Shown: in pieces, positions 35,913 through 48,216 of the stretch
How positions within the stretch are numbered: the stretch's first letter is position 1
How the letters are laid out: each line of letters begins with the position of its first letter
Source: Minutocellus sp. GHC0000111
Taxonomy: Eukaryota
Direction of reading: 5' to 3'
Length of the DNA stretch: 64,000 nt
NCBI GenBank assembly: GCA_977018835.1
Contig: OZ361260.1
Coordinates: 1 to 64,000, forward strand
Made by a program: the position numbers and the translations under genes
The notes under the pieces: model-generated
Told to the model about the DNA's origin: nothing
Seen by the model: the letters and a program-made list of their open reading frames with translations, nothing else
The model's database searches: none

Positions 35913-36344
35913 ATGGGTGAGAAGGTTGCTCGTGGACGTGCCGCCGCCAACGGCGTCAAGCACAAGGTTTCGGCCGGTCTCCCCACCGCCGCCGTCATCA
36001 ACTGCGCCGACAACTCCGGCGCCAAGAACATGCACATCATCGCCGTCTGCAACATCGGCGCCCGGTTGAACCGCCTCCCCAAGGCCTCCGCCGGCGACAT
36101 GGTCATGTGCTCCATCAAGAAGGGCAAGCCCGAGCTCCGTAAGAAGGTCATGCCCGGCATCGTCGTCCGTCAGCGCAAGTCCTTCCGCAGAAAGGAGGGC
36201 GTTTTCATCCACTTCGAGGACTCTGCCGGCGTCATCGTCAACAACAAGGGAGAGATGAAGGGATCGGCCGTTTCCGAACCCGTCGCCAAGGAGTGCGCCG
36301 AGTTCTGGCCCCGTATTGCTGCCAACTCTGGTTCCATCCTCTAA
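35913..36344 (+). CDS. RPL23: 60S ribosomal protein L23 (uL14)
   Basis: [30 protein letters not shown] and [13 protein letters not shown] motifs; codon bias of a highly expressed gene. Confidence 0.96.
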   Translation: MGEKVARGRAAANGVKHKVSAGLPTAAVINCADNSGAKNMHIIAVCNIGARLNRLPKASAGDMVMCSIKKGKPELRKKVMPGIVVRQRKSFRRKEGVFIHFEDSAGVIVNNKGEMKGSAVSEPVAKECAEFWPRIAANSGSIL

Positions 36345-37223
36345 ATATAGTGTTGAATAAATAGAAGAACCATGAATCAAAGTTTACTTGTAGTGTAACT
36401 ATCATATGCCGATATACCATGGTATTGGCTCTTTTTCGTGAAGCTTTGATGGGTTTTCTTGGAGTGCTTTGGAGTGTTTCGATTTCATAATGCGCAGGCA
36501 TGTTGAATCTTTCTACATGGGAAACAATATGCCAAGTGGTACCCCTGACTGATAGTCTGAGAACTTATCGTCATTAATGCTGTATATTACCTCGGGTAGG
36601 GTATGGATGCCTATCCTGTTCCCAGAGGACTCTCTCGGACTTGCAATATCCGAATGATCTTGACATGAATATTTGTTCCCAATACTTTCACAGTCTTGCA
36701 GTATGACGAGGCCCACCAACATGCTCGATATGCCTTCTCCTTGTCCATCATGCCATTGGGTTTGATATAACCAGCATTCGCGCTGCATGTTCCATTAATC
36801 TCGAGCTCTCGGAGGGTATCGTAAGAGTGTGTCTATGGATGCCTGAACACGGCATAGTCTTACAATACAAACATGCGTGAGTCAATATGCGGTCAATCGG
36901 CAATCTACTAATAATGTGTATATGCTACAATTTCATGCCGGCCAACCATTACCACGAAGGTGGCCCCCATTTACGGCAGGGGAAAGAATATAATTCATCC
37001 CGACCTCGATACCGCTTGAAACCACCCTCGGAAACATTTGCAGAGCCACGTAGATACAGCCACCAATTCGGCCCAACATCCACGCCCTCCACTATTCCCA
37101 CATTAGAGGCATCTTCCCATTCAAAAGATTATTGCCCCAAAAGCCCAAGCTTCGACATATCATCCCTTGGCAGTCCGACCCTAACCAAATCTCCATCCAA
37201 GATTTATATCCCCAATAATGCAT

Positions 37224-37445
37224 TTATCGGGTGGGGTTCTCCTTGTAGTAGTCCTCAATGGCCTGGATACCCGGATTTCCGATGAAGAAGTTGTACCCGA
37301 AGCCACCGACGAGGCCGAAGGCGATGCCCTGCATGGCGGTGATGACGAGGCCGCGGAGGGGAGGTCCGGCGCCGAGTCCACCAGGCTTGCGGGCCAGCGG
37401 ACCGGGCCCGTAGAGGGCGGGGTTGCGGTTGACGATGCCGGGCAT
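37224..37445 (-). CDS. Small single-TM protein resembling a mitochondrial respiratory-complex subunit (COX6c-like)
   Basis: 73 aa with strong codon bias. Pattern PPLRGL, then a TM, then AIEDYYKEN. Confidence 0.5.
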   Translation of the reverse strand: MPGIVNRNPALYGPGPLARKPGGLGAGPPLRGLVITAMQGIAFGLVGGFGYNFFIGNPGIQAIEDYYKENPTR

Positions 37446-38079
37446 GATTTCAGCTAAAGCTTTCCGAGTGCGCAAAGCTGTGGTTTGAATCGATTTTGGA
37501 AGAAGAAGAAGGGATTAGTTCGCTGGAACATATCGGTACCGCCACAAAACCAACGCAAAATCGGGACCAGAAGTGTGCCGATTCCGAACCCGATCGGATA
37601 CCGCGGAATTTCTCAACCGCCTTTTCGCCGATCAGCATCAGCCCTTCGCTTCTGCGTCCTCCCAGGCGTTGCACACATAACAGCCGCACATTGAGTAGAT
37701 ATACCACCAAAGCTACGCCGCCGCTCCGAACACAAGACTTACCAACAGGGAAGAATGGAGACGACCGACCGACTGGCGAGCCGATAGGGGTAACCCGGAT
37801 GTTGTTTGTGTCTGTGCTTCGCCCGGAACAATTGGTCTTGCCGTCGTCGCCTCCCCGCACGGTGAGGCGGCACGATCCACTCATTTCTCTTCGAAAATGG
37901 TAAGCCACCACCCATCCCATCGGCGGTAGCTGCCAACGACGTGGCAAAGCTCAGCATATGCCCAAGATGCCAACCTGAACGCATAATAGAAGCGCAACGC
38001 ACACGCGCCCATGAGCCGACACTCTCAAAAGGCTCGGAGAAGTCGAGCATCATTATTTCCTCCTGCTACTTTCGTCACG

Positions 38080-39690
38080 ATGGTCTCTTTCGCCGCAGCT
38101 GCATCCACATCGATCCGATCGGCGGCCGCATTTGTGCCAAGAACAAATCCTTCTACTAGAGTTCGAAGTGCATCATTGTTGTCACGTTCGTTCCATTCGC
38201 ACAATGCATGCCTTCTTCGTCGCAAGACCAGCGCTGCATGCTTCAAGCGCCACCGACCGTGGGAGGAAAAGCTTGCCTCACCCCCTAATGGAGCCATTCC
38301 ATCACTCACCTACAATCAATTTCATCGAGCACGGGCTCTCTTTTCCTCTAGCACAAGTGTCTCATCAAAAGCCAACTTTGAAGACGACCTGATTGCCAAC
38401 TGGAGGACGGATCCAACCCTCACCGACGTGTACCATCTGCCTACGCTATCCGTGCCAGCCGAGTCTGTTCACAGTATACTCAAGAACGGCTCCATCGTGG
38501 CACCATATCTGGCCAGTAATATGAGTGAGCTCAAGGGAATCCATCCACGAGTCAAGTTGGTGCGGGATATACTCACTTCAAGCATCCAAGATAAGGACGA
38601 CATGGATGATCCATCATCATCATCGACCAAGAAGAAGAGAAAGCTGATACTCCTCGATGCACACCAGACCATCCCACCCGAAGTTCAACAGGAATTGAAT
38701 TCCTTGAATATTCTTCCCGGCCCACCGTTTGAGATGCCCATCCCTCAAAAGCAGCAGACACCGCATCGCATCTTAGAAAAGATTCTCCCAGCCGACGCTC
38801 AGCCACCACCCACCGGCTATGAGCAAGCCGGCCACGTCCTCCATCTCAATCTCAAGCCCCATCACGAGCCCTACGGTCGTCTCATCGGCGACGTCCTTCT
38901 CGACAAGCTATCGCCCTCGGTGGAAACCGTCGTCACCAAGGTAGGCGAAGTCAAAGGCCCTTATCGCACCTACGACATGGAGGTCCTGGCCGGCAGGCCT
39001 AGCACTGACGTTACCGTCGTCGAGCACGGCATCCGCCTTCACTTTGATCTCTCCCAAGTGTACTGGTCTACCCGTCTCAGTGGCCAACGAACAAGGTCCC
39101 TTGACGAGGATATACTTCCTGGGCAGATCATTGCCGATGCCTTTTGTGGCGTGGGAGCACTTTGCGTCCGGGCCGCCGTCGAGAAGAACTGCACCGTCGT
39201 CGCCAACGATCTCAACCCCGCCGCCATCGAGTATTGTCGTGCGAATGCCCTCCAGAATGGCGTTGACGACAAGATTCAGGTTGTGTGTGGTGATGCCAAC
39301 GAGTTCATTACCAGTCTTGGCCATTCCAAAGACAGGCCCCTACCGCATCATCTAATGCTCAACTTTCCTCTGGCATCGGTTGACTTTCTACATAACATCA
39401 AGCACTGGCCGATCGAGAAGCTATTGGAGGGTCTGCCTACCGTCCATGTCTACACCTTTGCGAGGGGTGATGCCGAAACCAACAAGACGCCTGCCGACGT
39501 TTCCAAAGAAATGGTTGCAATTGGATTGCTTCCAAGTCTTGGTGCCTCTGGCGAAGACAGCGTGAAGGCCCTCGCCGATCTGGTATGCAACGTCCGTGCC
39601 AGGGAGGTACGCGATGTGGCCCCGGGGAAGGTCGTGATGTGGGTGACCTTTCAAGTCACACGAGATCTTCTTCAAGTCATGCAAGAATAG
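38080..39690 (+). CDS. TRM5: tRNA (guanine-37-N1) methyltransferase, Trm5/Met-10+ family
   Basis: GHVLHLNL, YRTYDMEVLAG, VYWSTRL, DAFCGVG, ANDLNP, LMLNFP and VRDVAPGK motifs; organellar-type presequence. Confidence 0.92.
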   Translation: MVSFAAAASTSIRSAAAFVPRTNPSTRVRSASLLSRSFHSHNACLLRRKTSAACFKRHRPWEEKLASPPNGAIPSLTYNQFHRARALFSSSTSVSSKANFEDDLIANWRTDPTLTDVYHLPTLSVPAESVHSILKNGSIVAPYLASNMSELKGIHPRVKLVRDILTSSIQDKDDMDDPSSSSTKKKRKLILLDAHQTIPPEVQQELNSLNILPGPPFEMPIPQKQQTPHRILEKILPADAQPPPTGYEQAGHVLHLNLKPHHEPYGRLIGDVLLDKLSPSVETVVTKVGEVKGPYRTYDMEVLAGRPSTDVTVVEHGIRLHFDLSQVYWSTRLSGQRTRSLDEDILPGQIIADAFCGVGALCVRAAVEKNCTVVANDLNPAAIEYCRANALQNGVDDKIQVVCGDANEFITSLGHSKDRPLPHHLMLNFPLASVDFLHNIKHWPIEKLLEGLPTVHVYTFARGDAETNKTPADVSKEMVAIGLLPSLGASGEDSVKALADLVCNVRAREVRDVAPGKVVMWVTFQVTRDLLQVMQE

Positions 39691-39755
39691 CGCAAGGTAA
39701 GTCTGATCGTCTCTTTTCGTTTACGAACAATTAATGGATGCAGGATGATTCACAT

Positions 39756-39862
39756 GCGCTATGATTTAAAAATTTATCCCATAAACCGTTTGCAGAACCG
39801 TCTACGACTCATAACATGCGAGTCCGTGGGGCACAAACATACTTCCTTGGATGTATGAGCGT
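39756..39862 (+). ncRNA. U14: U14 (snR128/SNORD14) box C/D snoRNA homologue
   Basis: Terminal stem gcgct/agcgt. C-like AUGAUUU at 39761. Domain A ccgtttgcag (39786-39795) pairs with 18S CUGCGAACGG with one G-U. Domain B cttccttggatgt (39842-39854) is complementary to 18S ACAUCCAAGGAAG and is directly followed by D-like AUGA. Confidence 0.75.
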
Positions 39863-40281
39863 TACAAAATAAATATCTTCCACGATTTGAGAACGGCTTT
39901 CAGGAGACATCATTTTGTTGTTTGCTCATACCCTTTTTTCGTTCCATGATGATTCGTTCGTCATTACAACACTTGCTTACACAGTGATGACGATTTTTAC
40001 TACACGTAGTAGATCTGCTGCAGAGGTTCTATCTATCTATGTTCATAGATGATCATCTACCGGTAGCTTGGGTTAGAAGGCCGTACTAAAACTAAACTCG
40101 TTACAATAACCCAAATCTTTGTTTTCCAACGCAAGCATGTGCCGTACGGTGGCAAAAAAAGATGGGATGATTCTTCCGCGCGCGCGCAGCCAGTCAGGAA
40201 AAAGTATGTGGCGCAAGAGGGGAAATAAATGAATATGGGGAATGTTTCGGGGTTTCACTGTCATACTCTCATAACGCAACC

Positions 40282-41692
40282 ATGAACAACAAACGGCCGC
40301 TTCATGTGCCGGTAAGGACCAGCTATTGCCTCCTTGCGCTGGCCTGCTTCACACGCCGCACAGAAGCCTTCGTTTGCACCGGCGGGGTGTTATTCGGGCA
40401 AGCATGTGACCAGCACATGATACGTAAATTCCCTCTCCGACGACTGCAACGCCATGCGGCTTCGTTCGCCATAGATTCAACGACGGTTCTCGGTACCGCA
40501 AACGGTTCCTCGTCCTCCTTAGATACTAGTGCCGCGAATGGTTCGTCATCGCCATCATCAGCCGATACCGTCGATGCATTCGAGCAAGACGTGTCTTATG
40601 TCCTGCGCACCCTCCGACCGCAACAATACGACCCCACAGTCCCCTCCTGGTTCCGTCAGCGTCGTCTCAGCTTCTCCAATTATTGGACCCTGGAGGACTG
40701 GGACAAGCATTCCAGCCGCACACGATATCTGCGCAACGTCTTCCACCTCCCCAAAAGTCGTCTCATCCAACGCATATTGCCTCAACTGGGAGTCCTGGCG
40801 GGTTGGTCGGCCCTCATTTGTTTCTTGGGTACGGCCAAGAAGAGCGTGTTCCAGCGATTGGAAATACCACTGACGGCACTGAGTTTGGTTTCAACCTTTG
40901 TCGCGGCACTGCAGACGCTGCGGTCCAACCAGGCCATTGCTCGCTTACGAGACGGGCGGATTGCCATGGGCAGCGTCGTGCACATTACTCGGGATACGTC
41001 GACGCTGATTGCCACGTACTTTGGCAATAACGATGACCGATTGAAGCTCAAGGCGGCAAGATTGCTCGCCTTGTTTGGTTGGTCGCTCAAGCAACATCTG
41101 CGGGAGACCACGACGACCAACGACGTGTACGAGGCGTTGCTTTCGTCGCATCATGAGGCGGATGCTCGACTCATCATTTCAGATCGCAAGGCGCCCGCAG
41201 CCATACTGAGAAGGTTGCGTCAGATCATTGCCACCGCATTTGCCGAGGGGACCATTGGAGGCAACGAACAAAGATTGCTAGAACAAAATTTGCAAAAGTC
41301 TCGACAAAGCCTTGGCCACTTGCGATAGAGTAAGGTCAACGCCCATCCCGCCAGTGTATGGTTCTCACGCATCAAGGTTGATGGTGTTCTACTTGGCCTT
41401 CCTGCCAATGGCTCTATTGAACTTTCTTCCCGTGCGAGGGACCATTGAGGTGACGTTGATGGTAGGCTATGCCATGCTGGGTCTGGACGAGATTTCTCAT
41501 TTGTTTGAACAGCCCTTCAAATTCAGGTTAGTATGTTGGATTCGGCCGACGCCTTTTGTCGGCCACCGCCTTCCCTTGATGAGGAGGATGCTGATCTCCA
41601 AAACACCAAGAGGCCTCTGTATTGGGCCCATCCGGGAGATGATTTACCTATCTTGCCATACGATGGTAGAGATGTCCCCGAGAGATAACTAG
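40282..41692 (+). pseudogene. Plastid-type bestrophin (UPF0187/BST-like anion channel), frameshifted near 41295
   Basis: Signal ending TEA-F, then LSLVSTFVAALQTLRSNQ and LFGWSLKQHLR. The shifted frame continues CDRVRSTPIPPVY...LGLDEISHLFEQPF. Confidence 0.8.
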
Positions 41693-41699
41693 CTAGGCT

Positions 41700-44111
41700 A
41701 TTAATAATTGAAAAGTATAGTCTTACTTTGAAGCCTCTTTTACTAAATGTCGATACTATCATGCAGCTAGAGCTTTTCAATGCTCTGTACTTGCGGTTTC
41801 TACTTTTTGGGCAGCGCCCTGATTTATTCAATCTCTCCCATATCCTCAAGATCAGCACGGATAGCGAGCCACTCTCTCCAAGAGTCAAGTAGGGCCTCAC
41901 CACCAATCTCTTCCGGCAAGTTCTCTCGGCTGATACCATATACGTCTTCGGCTGTATCGATAAAGTCTTCCAACGAACAGTAATGAGGGACAACTCGAAA
42001 GCGTGAGACTCGCCCAGCCAAGTATTCCAACTTCTTGACAATATGCGTTTGCCACTCCGGCATACCCTCGACAGGTCAGAGACTGTGCGTAACCTTGATC
42101 TGCATTGGGAGGCAATAGCTCAACAGCGACACGGCCTGCTTGAGCAGCTGAAAATTGTAATGCATCGGTTCACAGTCGCGATGGTTCTCAATGAGAACGA
42201 CACCATTCTTCAGCGTGTTCTCGTCCTGCGCCAAGACATTGGCAACATAAAACACCGATTTGAGCTGTTAAGAAATAAGGATGATAAAGATATGTAAGAA
42301 AGGAAGACGCGGCGACGAATGATTGGCATTATGCCATTGATTAGTTTTGGAATGACCATTTTTGATATCGCACAATGAAGATGATGCTAAAAAGAACTCA
42401 CAGCTCCCATCATGGTGTACGAACCCTCCTCGAGGTAGGAAAAGTCAACGTAAATGATGGGCCGGCCATAGTCATCGTTGGCATTGGGAATTAATCGACA
42501 AAATCCCAGCTCTAAGTCATCAATCGCTCTGTCTCCCATGGACATTTGCACGATGGGCAAAAATTCACCAGTGGCATTGTCCACGGCACTGGGTCCAAAC
42601 AGCTTGTCATAAAAGTGATAGTAATTGATCATCCGTTCCGCCGACGACTTGATGCTAAAGTTGGTACAGCGCAAAAAGTCCAGATACAACTCCTCGACCC
42701 GGTCGGGACAGGAATTGATGGCTTTCAGGTAGGATTCCTTCTTGCTGTCGGGATACGAGTTGATCTCATTCCGGATGGCATCGACCATGCACCCCTCGAA
42801 TCGGTCGAGGAAGGCCTTGGCCATCGAACGGTTCTCCTCGTGGATGGTCGGGTCGCGGCTGTCCACCACATCGTACGAGCGGTTGTACATCCTCAACAAG
42901 TCGTCCTCGGTCGGCAGGCTGATGTTGCTGGTAATGTTGACGGCGGCGACAGTTCGATCCGTTCCGTTCAGAATCGCGCCATCCGAAGAGCCGCTCTGGG
43001 CGGGTCAAAGTCCTCGTTCTGCAGAAACAGCATGATGTGCCTCGAGGACAGGCACAGCAGTGGCAGGGCATCGCGGGCAGCATTAATGGCGGCAGCATCC
43101 TCCCGCGGCAGGCGGGACAGTTCCATGTCGACGGCAATGAGGAGGTCTTCCACCTGGGCCAGCTTGGGGGGTTTGTGTCCGTATATGTCCCCGTAGGCCT
43201 TGTAAAAGTCGCTCTCGCTCAGAGATTTCAGCTCGCGTTCCTCCTCCTGCTGACTCATGGCCGGGCAGTCGAGAAATCCCGTCGGTTTGAGCAACGCCTC
43301 GAGTTCTGGGTCCAGTTTGGGTTGGTAGATTTCGGGTTGTGTCGGTACAGTTGCGGCGGAGGCCGCAGCGTCGGCAGTGTTATTATTGATGTTATCATCA
43401 TTGGTACCGTTGGTCTTTGCTTCGTGTTTGCTGTCTATGTCAGTTTCTGAAATTTTATTAGTATCCGCCGTGGTATTTCCTTTGTCTGATGTATTAGCTG
43501 ATGCAGTCGCATTATCTCCGCTTGTGGCGATATTATTAGTATTCGACGACCCATCCTGCGGTGCCGGTGTCAAATTGACATTCTGATGCGAGGACGTGGA
43601 CATCGGCCCGGCAGCCCCGGCCTGGACGGCCGACATGGTCAGGAACGTGTCGATCCTCTGCCGCTCGTTCTGCGCATGCAAATCCTTGGTCTGCTGGAGC
43701 GTCGATCGGAGGGCATTGAGCCGGGCCATGTCGGCGTCGGAGTTTTGGCCCTGATTCTGCATGGTCTGCGCTAAAAAAAATGATCTGCTGCTCCAGAGCG
43801 TCGAGGACGTCCTCGGTGCCCGGGGCGGGCATCGTCATGCCCGGAAGCAATTTTTGTGCGGCTGCGGGATTGGCTTGAAGCGCCGAGACGGCAGCGGCGG
43901 TCACGGCTGCCGCTGCGGTGTTCGTGCCGGTTTCTCCGACAAATCCTCCCGTTGGAGCTGCTGCTGATGGCTGTGGCATGTAATTGTTATTGGATGTTGC
44001 CGTTGCTGCGGAGCTGCCAGATGGCCGCGGTGGAGAAGCTACGCTGCCACTACTTTTTCGTTTATTGTTCTTCATTGCTTCTCTTGGGTGACGATCGGAA
44101 TATGCCGGCAC
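41700..44111 (-). pseudogene. Disrupted multi-repeat CRAL-TRIO-like gene
   Basis: AALRMARF-TGA-TERIEL at 42968 (Trp position in the paralogue at 12609-14360). Frame break in the A9 run near 43775. Second repeat FLRCTNFSIKSSAERMINYY...LFG and DDYGRPII. A further exon ends LPEEIGG. Confidence 0.7.
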
Positions 44112-44282
44112 TTATTGCGGATGGCAAGAATGTGACGGACAAGGAGATGCAATCGTCATCGTATCGTGCGATTTTTTGAGTTGGATGCAAAGGGTATGTT
44201 TCCATGACGTCGTTGCGCTAGCGCGTCTTTCCGCCAACCGACCAGAAGATGTGCTGAGCGCGCGGAATGGAAGCAACTTCCG

Positions 44283-45601
44283 ATGATTCCTGTTGATGAA
44301 CCCAACCTTTCTACATGTATGCCTCCGTCCGAGGACCTAACTAAGCTGCTACGAGTGCATATTACATCCAAGCAAAGTATGACCAAAACAGGCAAACATA
44401 AGCGCAAGATCGATGGCATCGATACTACGGACCGGCCGGCAAAGATGGCGACCGGCGAAAAGCCATTTTTTGGCAATTGCGTTGCTCCATCGGTAGGAAT
44501 TTCGGGAGATGCAATCCCAGCTCCCATTTGGGGGCGCGTTATGGAGTGCTTATATTATACAGTTGTTCTGAAGTGCCTGATGGTCAATCGGACGCTTTCC
44601 TTTGAAGCACCAAAATACGTAAAGATGATAGCAATCCTGAAATCCTGCGAGGTTGAGCATCTTCCTCTTGTGAAGAACAGGCGGAGATTTGAGAACGTTA
44701 AAGTTGTTGACATTCTTTGCCTTGTTGTTCAAGACTCGACAGATGCAGATAGCCATATTCTTTGCACCGGTGTAATTAACAAAATTGTCCCTTTCCTCGA
44801 AGTCTTTCCAAGAATTTCGCAATGTTACCTTGGTGGGCTTAAACAGAAGGATCTGAAACGTTATGTGCTCGTTTACGACGCTGAAGATTGTGTTGGTCCG
44901 GATGATCATGCTTCACACTTCTGCAGCCTTATCGAGCAACTTGCGGTCGCTTTTGAAAGAGGAACACTTCCGCAAGACCTCATCTTACAGGGTGTCTTTG
45001 ACGGGTTCGATACAGAAACATGTGGCTGCAAAAAGGATGGTGACGATGAATGTTCTCTTTGTTCTCGCATCCTTCGTGCCTTCCCCTTAAACAGCTTGCT
45101 ACAATTGCACCATATTTGGGGAACAAGCTGCTATTCTAATGAACATATCGAGAAATTGATCAGAGAGAGGGTCTGGTCCCCGCAATGCTTAGTGTCTGCA
45201 AAGTTTCGGTTTCATTCAGAGGCAGTTGTTGAATTGGTCGGACTAGACGTCAGGCACACTACTTACAGAAAAATGTTTGAAATGCAACAAGCAAAAAATC
45301 CTTCCTATTTGTATTATCTTCCAAGGTTCAAGGCGAAACGGTTATCATTGATGATTGATCTAGGTATTCGAAAGAAAAACGTAGGCGCAAGGGGAAAAGA
45401 AACCTTCTTAAAAGTCTAGTTGATTGCGTTGGAAATCGTCACGAGGCGGGAGGTTATGCGTTAGCAAAGTCGACATTCGATCTCTTTCTACAAGCTGGAT
45501 TTCCTTTCAAAGAAACTGATTTTGTCTTGGTAGATGACACATCTGACCCGATTTTGAGGGATCTGATTGAAAAAGAAGATAATGCCGAGGATAATGACTA
45601 A
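44283..45601 (+). CDS. Diatom F-box-like hypothetical protein, frameshifted near 45395
   Basis: IPAPIWGRVMECL F-box-like start and IVPFLEVFP. Another frame continues RNLLKSL...STFDLFLQAGF to a stop near 45601. Confidence 0.6.
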
Positions 45602-45844
45602 TGTGATCGATAGGAGGGTATCGCATGAGAGTTTCGAATGTGATCGATATGAGATAAAAGTTAAAGAATGGTGGAAGTATTGCGTACCTAGCTATAGGTA
45701 AGGAAGGATATCTAGCTAGCTAGTGTAAGACAGCTGACTGTCGCAGCCACTGTACACAAATGTTTCATGTTATATGTAGCAAGTAGATTCGTGTAGGTAC
45801 TAGTACGTAGTTGAGCATGGGGCAGAAGGTTGAGCCGATATAAC

Positions 45845-47773
45845 TCAAGCCAACCCAGCCACCGTCCGGTACAAGTCCACCACAAAGTCCTCGGCATCCT
45901 CATCCAGCACCGGCTGCATCTCCTCCAGCATGCTCGACACTAAACATCCGGCCGGAGATTTCGGCACCGTCAACGCCCCCAGGACAAAGTTGATCATGGA
46001 ATCTTCGGCCTCTCCCAGCAACTCCACAATCTGATCCGTCACGTATTGCTTCATCTTGGGCACCGAATCGGCCGGCACCGGGGGAAAGGTCACGCCGGCC
46101 TTCAGTATGTCCTCCCTGGTGGTTGCCGCCGCGCCCTTCTTCTTGTCGGCCGCCTCGTTGGCCGCCCGAATCTCGGCCATCGACGTACCCTCGCCGGCAT
46201 CGATCCGTTGCTTCCGAGTGTTGATGTCGCGGTTGGCTTCCGACGGAACAAACTTGCGCTTGCGGGAGTTTGATTCCTCTTCGCCTGGCTTCTGTTCGTT
46301 CGACGTCTTGGTGGATTGAGAGGGTGGATCAGCTGTACCTGCTGCGTCGGCACTACCGGCAACGTCACCCTTGGACATCCAAGCGGGCAGATTGGACACA
46401 CCCCTCTTGCCGGTATCGACGGCAGCGCCGTCCTCTGCTGGGGCTTTGGAAGCACTACTGGTAGTCGCATCGTCGCCTGCCGCTGGTCGATCCTTGGCAT
46501 CCTCCAAATCACCGACGCTGGCCATGACGACGGCCCTGGCGGCCACCTCGGCCTCGGCCTTCTTCCTCTCCTCCTCCATCCGGACCAACCGTTCCTTGGC
46601 GTTCGCAGTTTCCTCGACCAATCGTCGGTCGACAATCTCCACCCGCCGCTTGCGCAGGTGGGCGTCCCGCTCGTTGTTGCGGCGCTTGAACGCCGCGACG
46701 GCCGCCAGGACCTCCGGGGCGTTGAGCGGGTCGCTGTCCTCGTCGTACTCCCCCCCTCCGGCCGCGGCGGCCACCTTGGACACGTCGATCTTGACGGTAT
46801 CTTCAGTGTTGGTCTGATCTTCCTCCTCCTTCTTGTTGTCCTTGGCGGCGACGCCGGCGGCAGCGTCGGCATCTGCCGCGGTGCTCCCATTCTTCCCGTT
46901 CCCATTGGCCTCCTCTTGGTACTGCCTCCACAGCCCCCGCTCCACCTTGCGCATCTGTTCCAGGACCTCGGCATCAATGTCTGCTGTCGCCATCTCCTCG
47001 GCATCGTCCTTATCTTGGACTCCAACGGGCAGGGCCACGTAGGCCCTCATGTGCATCGTCGTCGTCGCTTCCGCTGCTGCTGCAGTCTGGTCGTCCTTGT
47101 CACCCCCCTCGGAGGCAGCCAGGGCCATGGCATTCCAAGCCGCCGCGAGGAACTGGGCCCCCTCCACCGACGACATTTGGACCGACGCCACGGCCACGTG
47201 GGTCTTGCCCCCTCCTCCGTTCTCCTTTTCGTCGCTACATGTGCCCGGGGCGGCAGGCACTTTGTGCAGGGCAACGCCTCGGCACACGCCCCTCCTTCGC
47301 AATGGCTGCTGCTGCTGGCCACCGCTCCCGTTGTTGAATTTGTTGCTCGCGCTGTCGGCATCGGCCGCCAGGGCGGCAAAGGCCAGCTCGCGCAGGCACC
47401 GATGATGGACCGCCAGGTGCGGAGGAACGCGCGTGACGACGACCGCCGCCGGGAGGGTGACGACGGTCGTGCCCGCGGTGGAATGGTCCGGCGCGCGATG
47501 CTGCTGCGGAAGCGGAGGAGGCGGAAGACCCGCAGAAGGAGGGACTCCCGCAGGAGGAGGGAGCGGCGGCGGCGGGAGGCCAGCAGCCGGCAGTGGAACG
47601 GACACGGACGGCGGCGGTGGCCCTCCCATCGTCATCGTCATCATCGCCGGCGGAGGAGGAGGAAGGGAACCGGGTGGAGGCACCGCGCCAGGCGGCGGCG
47701 GGGGCAGGCCAGGTAAAGGCACCGCGCCAGGCGGCACAGGTGGAGGCGGCGGCGGGGGTGGGGGGGGCGACAT
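45845..47773 (-). CDS. Pro-rich PWI-domain RNA-processing protein (RBM25-like C-terminus)
   Basis: C-terminal MKQYVTDQIVELLGEAEDSMINFVL...MQPVLDEDAEDFVVDL, RGVSNLPAWM motif and a poly-Pro N-terminus. Confidence 0.85.
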   Translation of the reverse strand: MSPPPPPPPPPPVPPGAVPLPGLPPPPPGAVPPPGSLPPPPPAMMTMTMGGPPPPSVSVPLPAAGLPPPPLPPPAGVPPSAGLPPPPLPQQHRAPDHSTAGTTVVTLPAAVVVTRVPPHLAVHHRCLRELAFAALAADADSASNKFNNGSGGQQQQPLRRRGVCRGVALHKVPAAPGTCSDEKENGGGGKTHVAVASVQMSSVEGAQFLAAAWNAMALAASEGGDKDDQTAAAAEATTTMHMRAYVALPVGVQDKDDAEEMATADIDAEVLEQMRKVERGLWRQYQEEANGNGKNGSTAADADAAAGVAAKDNKKEEEDQTNTEDTVKIDVSKVAAAAGGGEYDEDSDPLNAPEVLAAVAAFKRRNNERDAHLRKRRVEIVDRRLVEETANAKERLVRMEEERKKAEAEVAARAVVMASVGDLEDAKDRPAAGDDATTSSASKAPAEDGAAVDTGKRGVSNLPAWMSKGDVAGSADAAGTADPPSQSTKTSNEQKPGEEESNSRKRKFVPSEANRDINTRKQRIDAGEGTSMAEIRAANEAADKKKGAAATTREDILKAGVTFPPVPADSVPKMKQYVTDQIVELLGEAEDSMINFVLGALTVPKSPAGCLVSSMLEEMQPVLDEDAEDFVVDLYRTVAGLA

Positions 47774-48216
47774 TGGATGTTATGTTATGGGCACGTGTTA
47801 TGCTCGTTTTTTGGCTGGCTGGTCAGACCGGACGAAAAAAAAAAACCAACGAGAAAGGCCACAAAGATCAGATGAATGATGCCGGCTCTCTCCTCTAAAG
47901 GAGTAGCTAATAATCAGTATCTCTTATCTCTTCAAGAGGTAATTGCATGCAGTCGCTCGTCGTGCATCACAGTTGTGGTGTTGTGGTGCTACAATAGTAG
48001 CAGCTACCATGGTACTGGCGGCGGTGCGCGTGCATCATGGTCGGTAGCGCGTTCGGAGGTGCCGCGATTTGCGGGGCGAAAATATTCCCAGAAAGTTCCC
48101 CTCATTCTGAAACGAAAGCGTGAAAAGATACGGCATCACGCCATCGGCAGAAGCAGGCGAAGAAGAGCGAGTTATTCAGTGCCGCCCAGTTCCGACCCGA
48201 AAGGTCAGCAGCAGGC

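Noticed and set aside
39941..40030. Second snoRNA (AUGAUGA and GUGAUGA motifs)
   Set aside because: No D box and no recognisable rRNA complement.
24319..42970. Alternative genetic code or stop read-through, suggested by in-frame TAG (24319), TAA (28899) and TGA (42968)
   Set aside because: All three stop types are involved, each once, and all three also terminate normal genes here. Frameshifts co-occur, so mutation or error is simpler.
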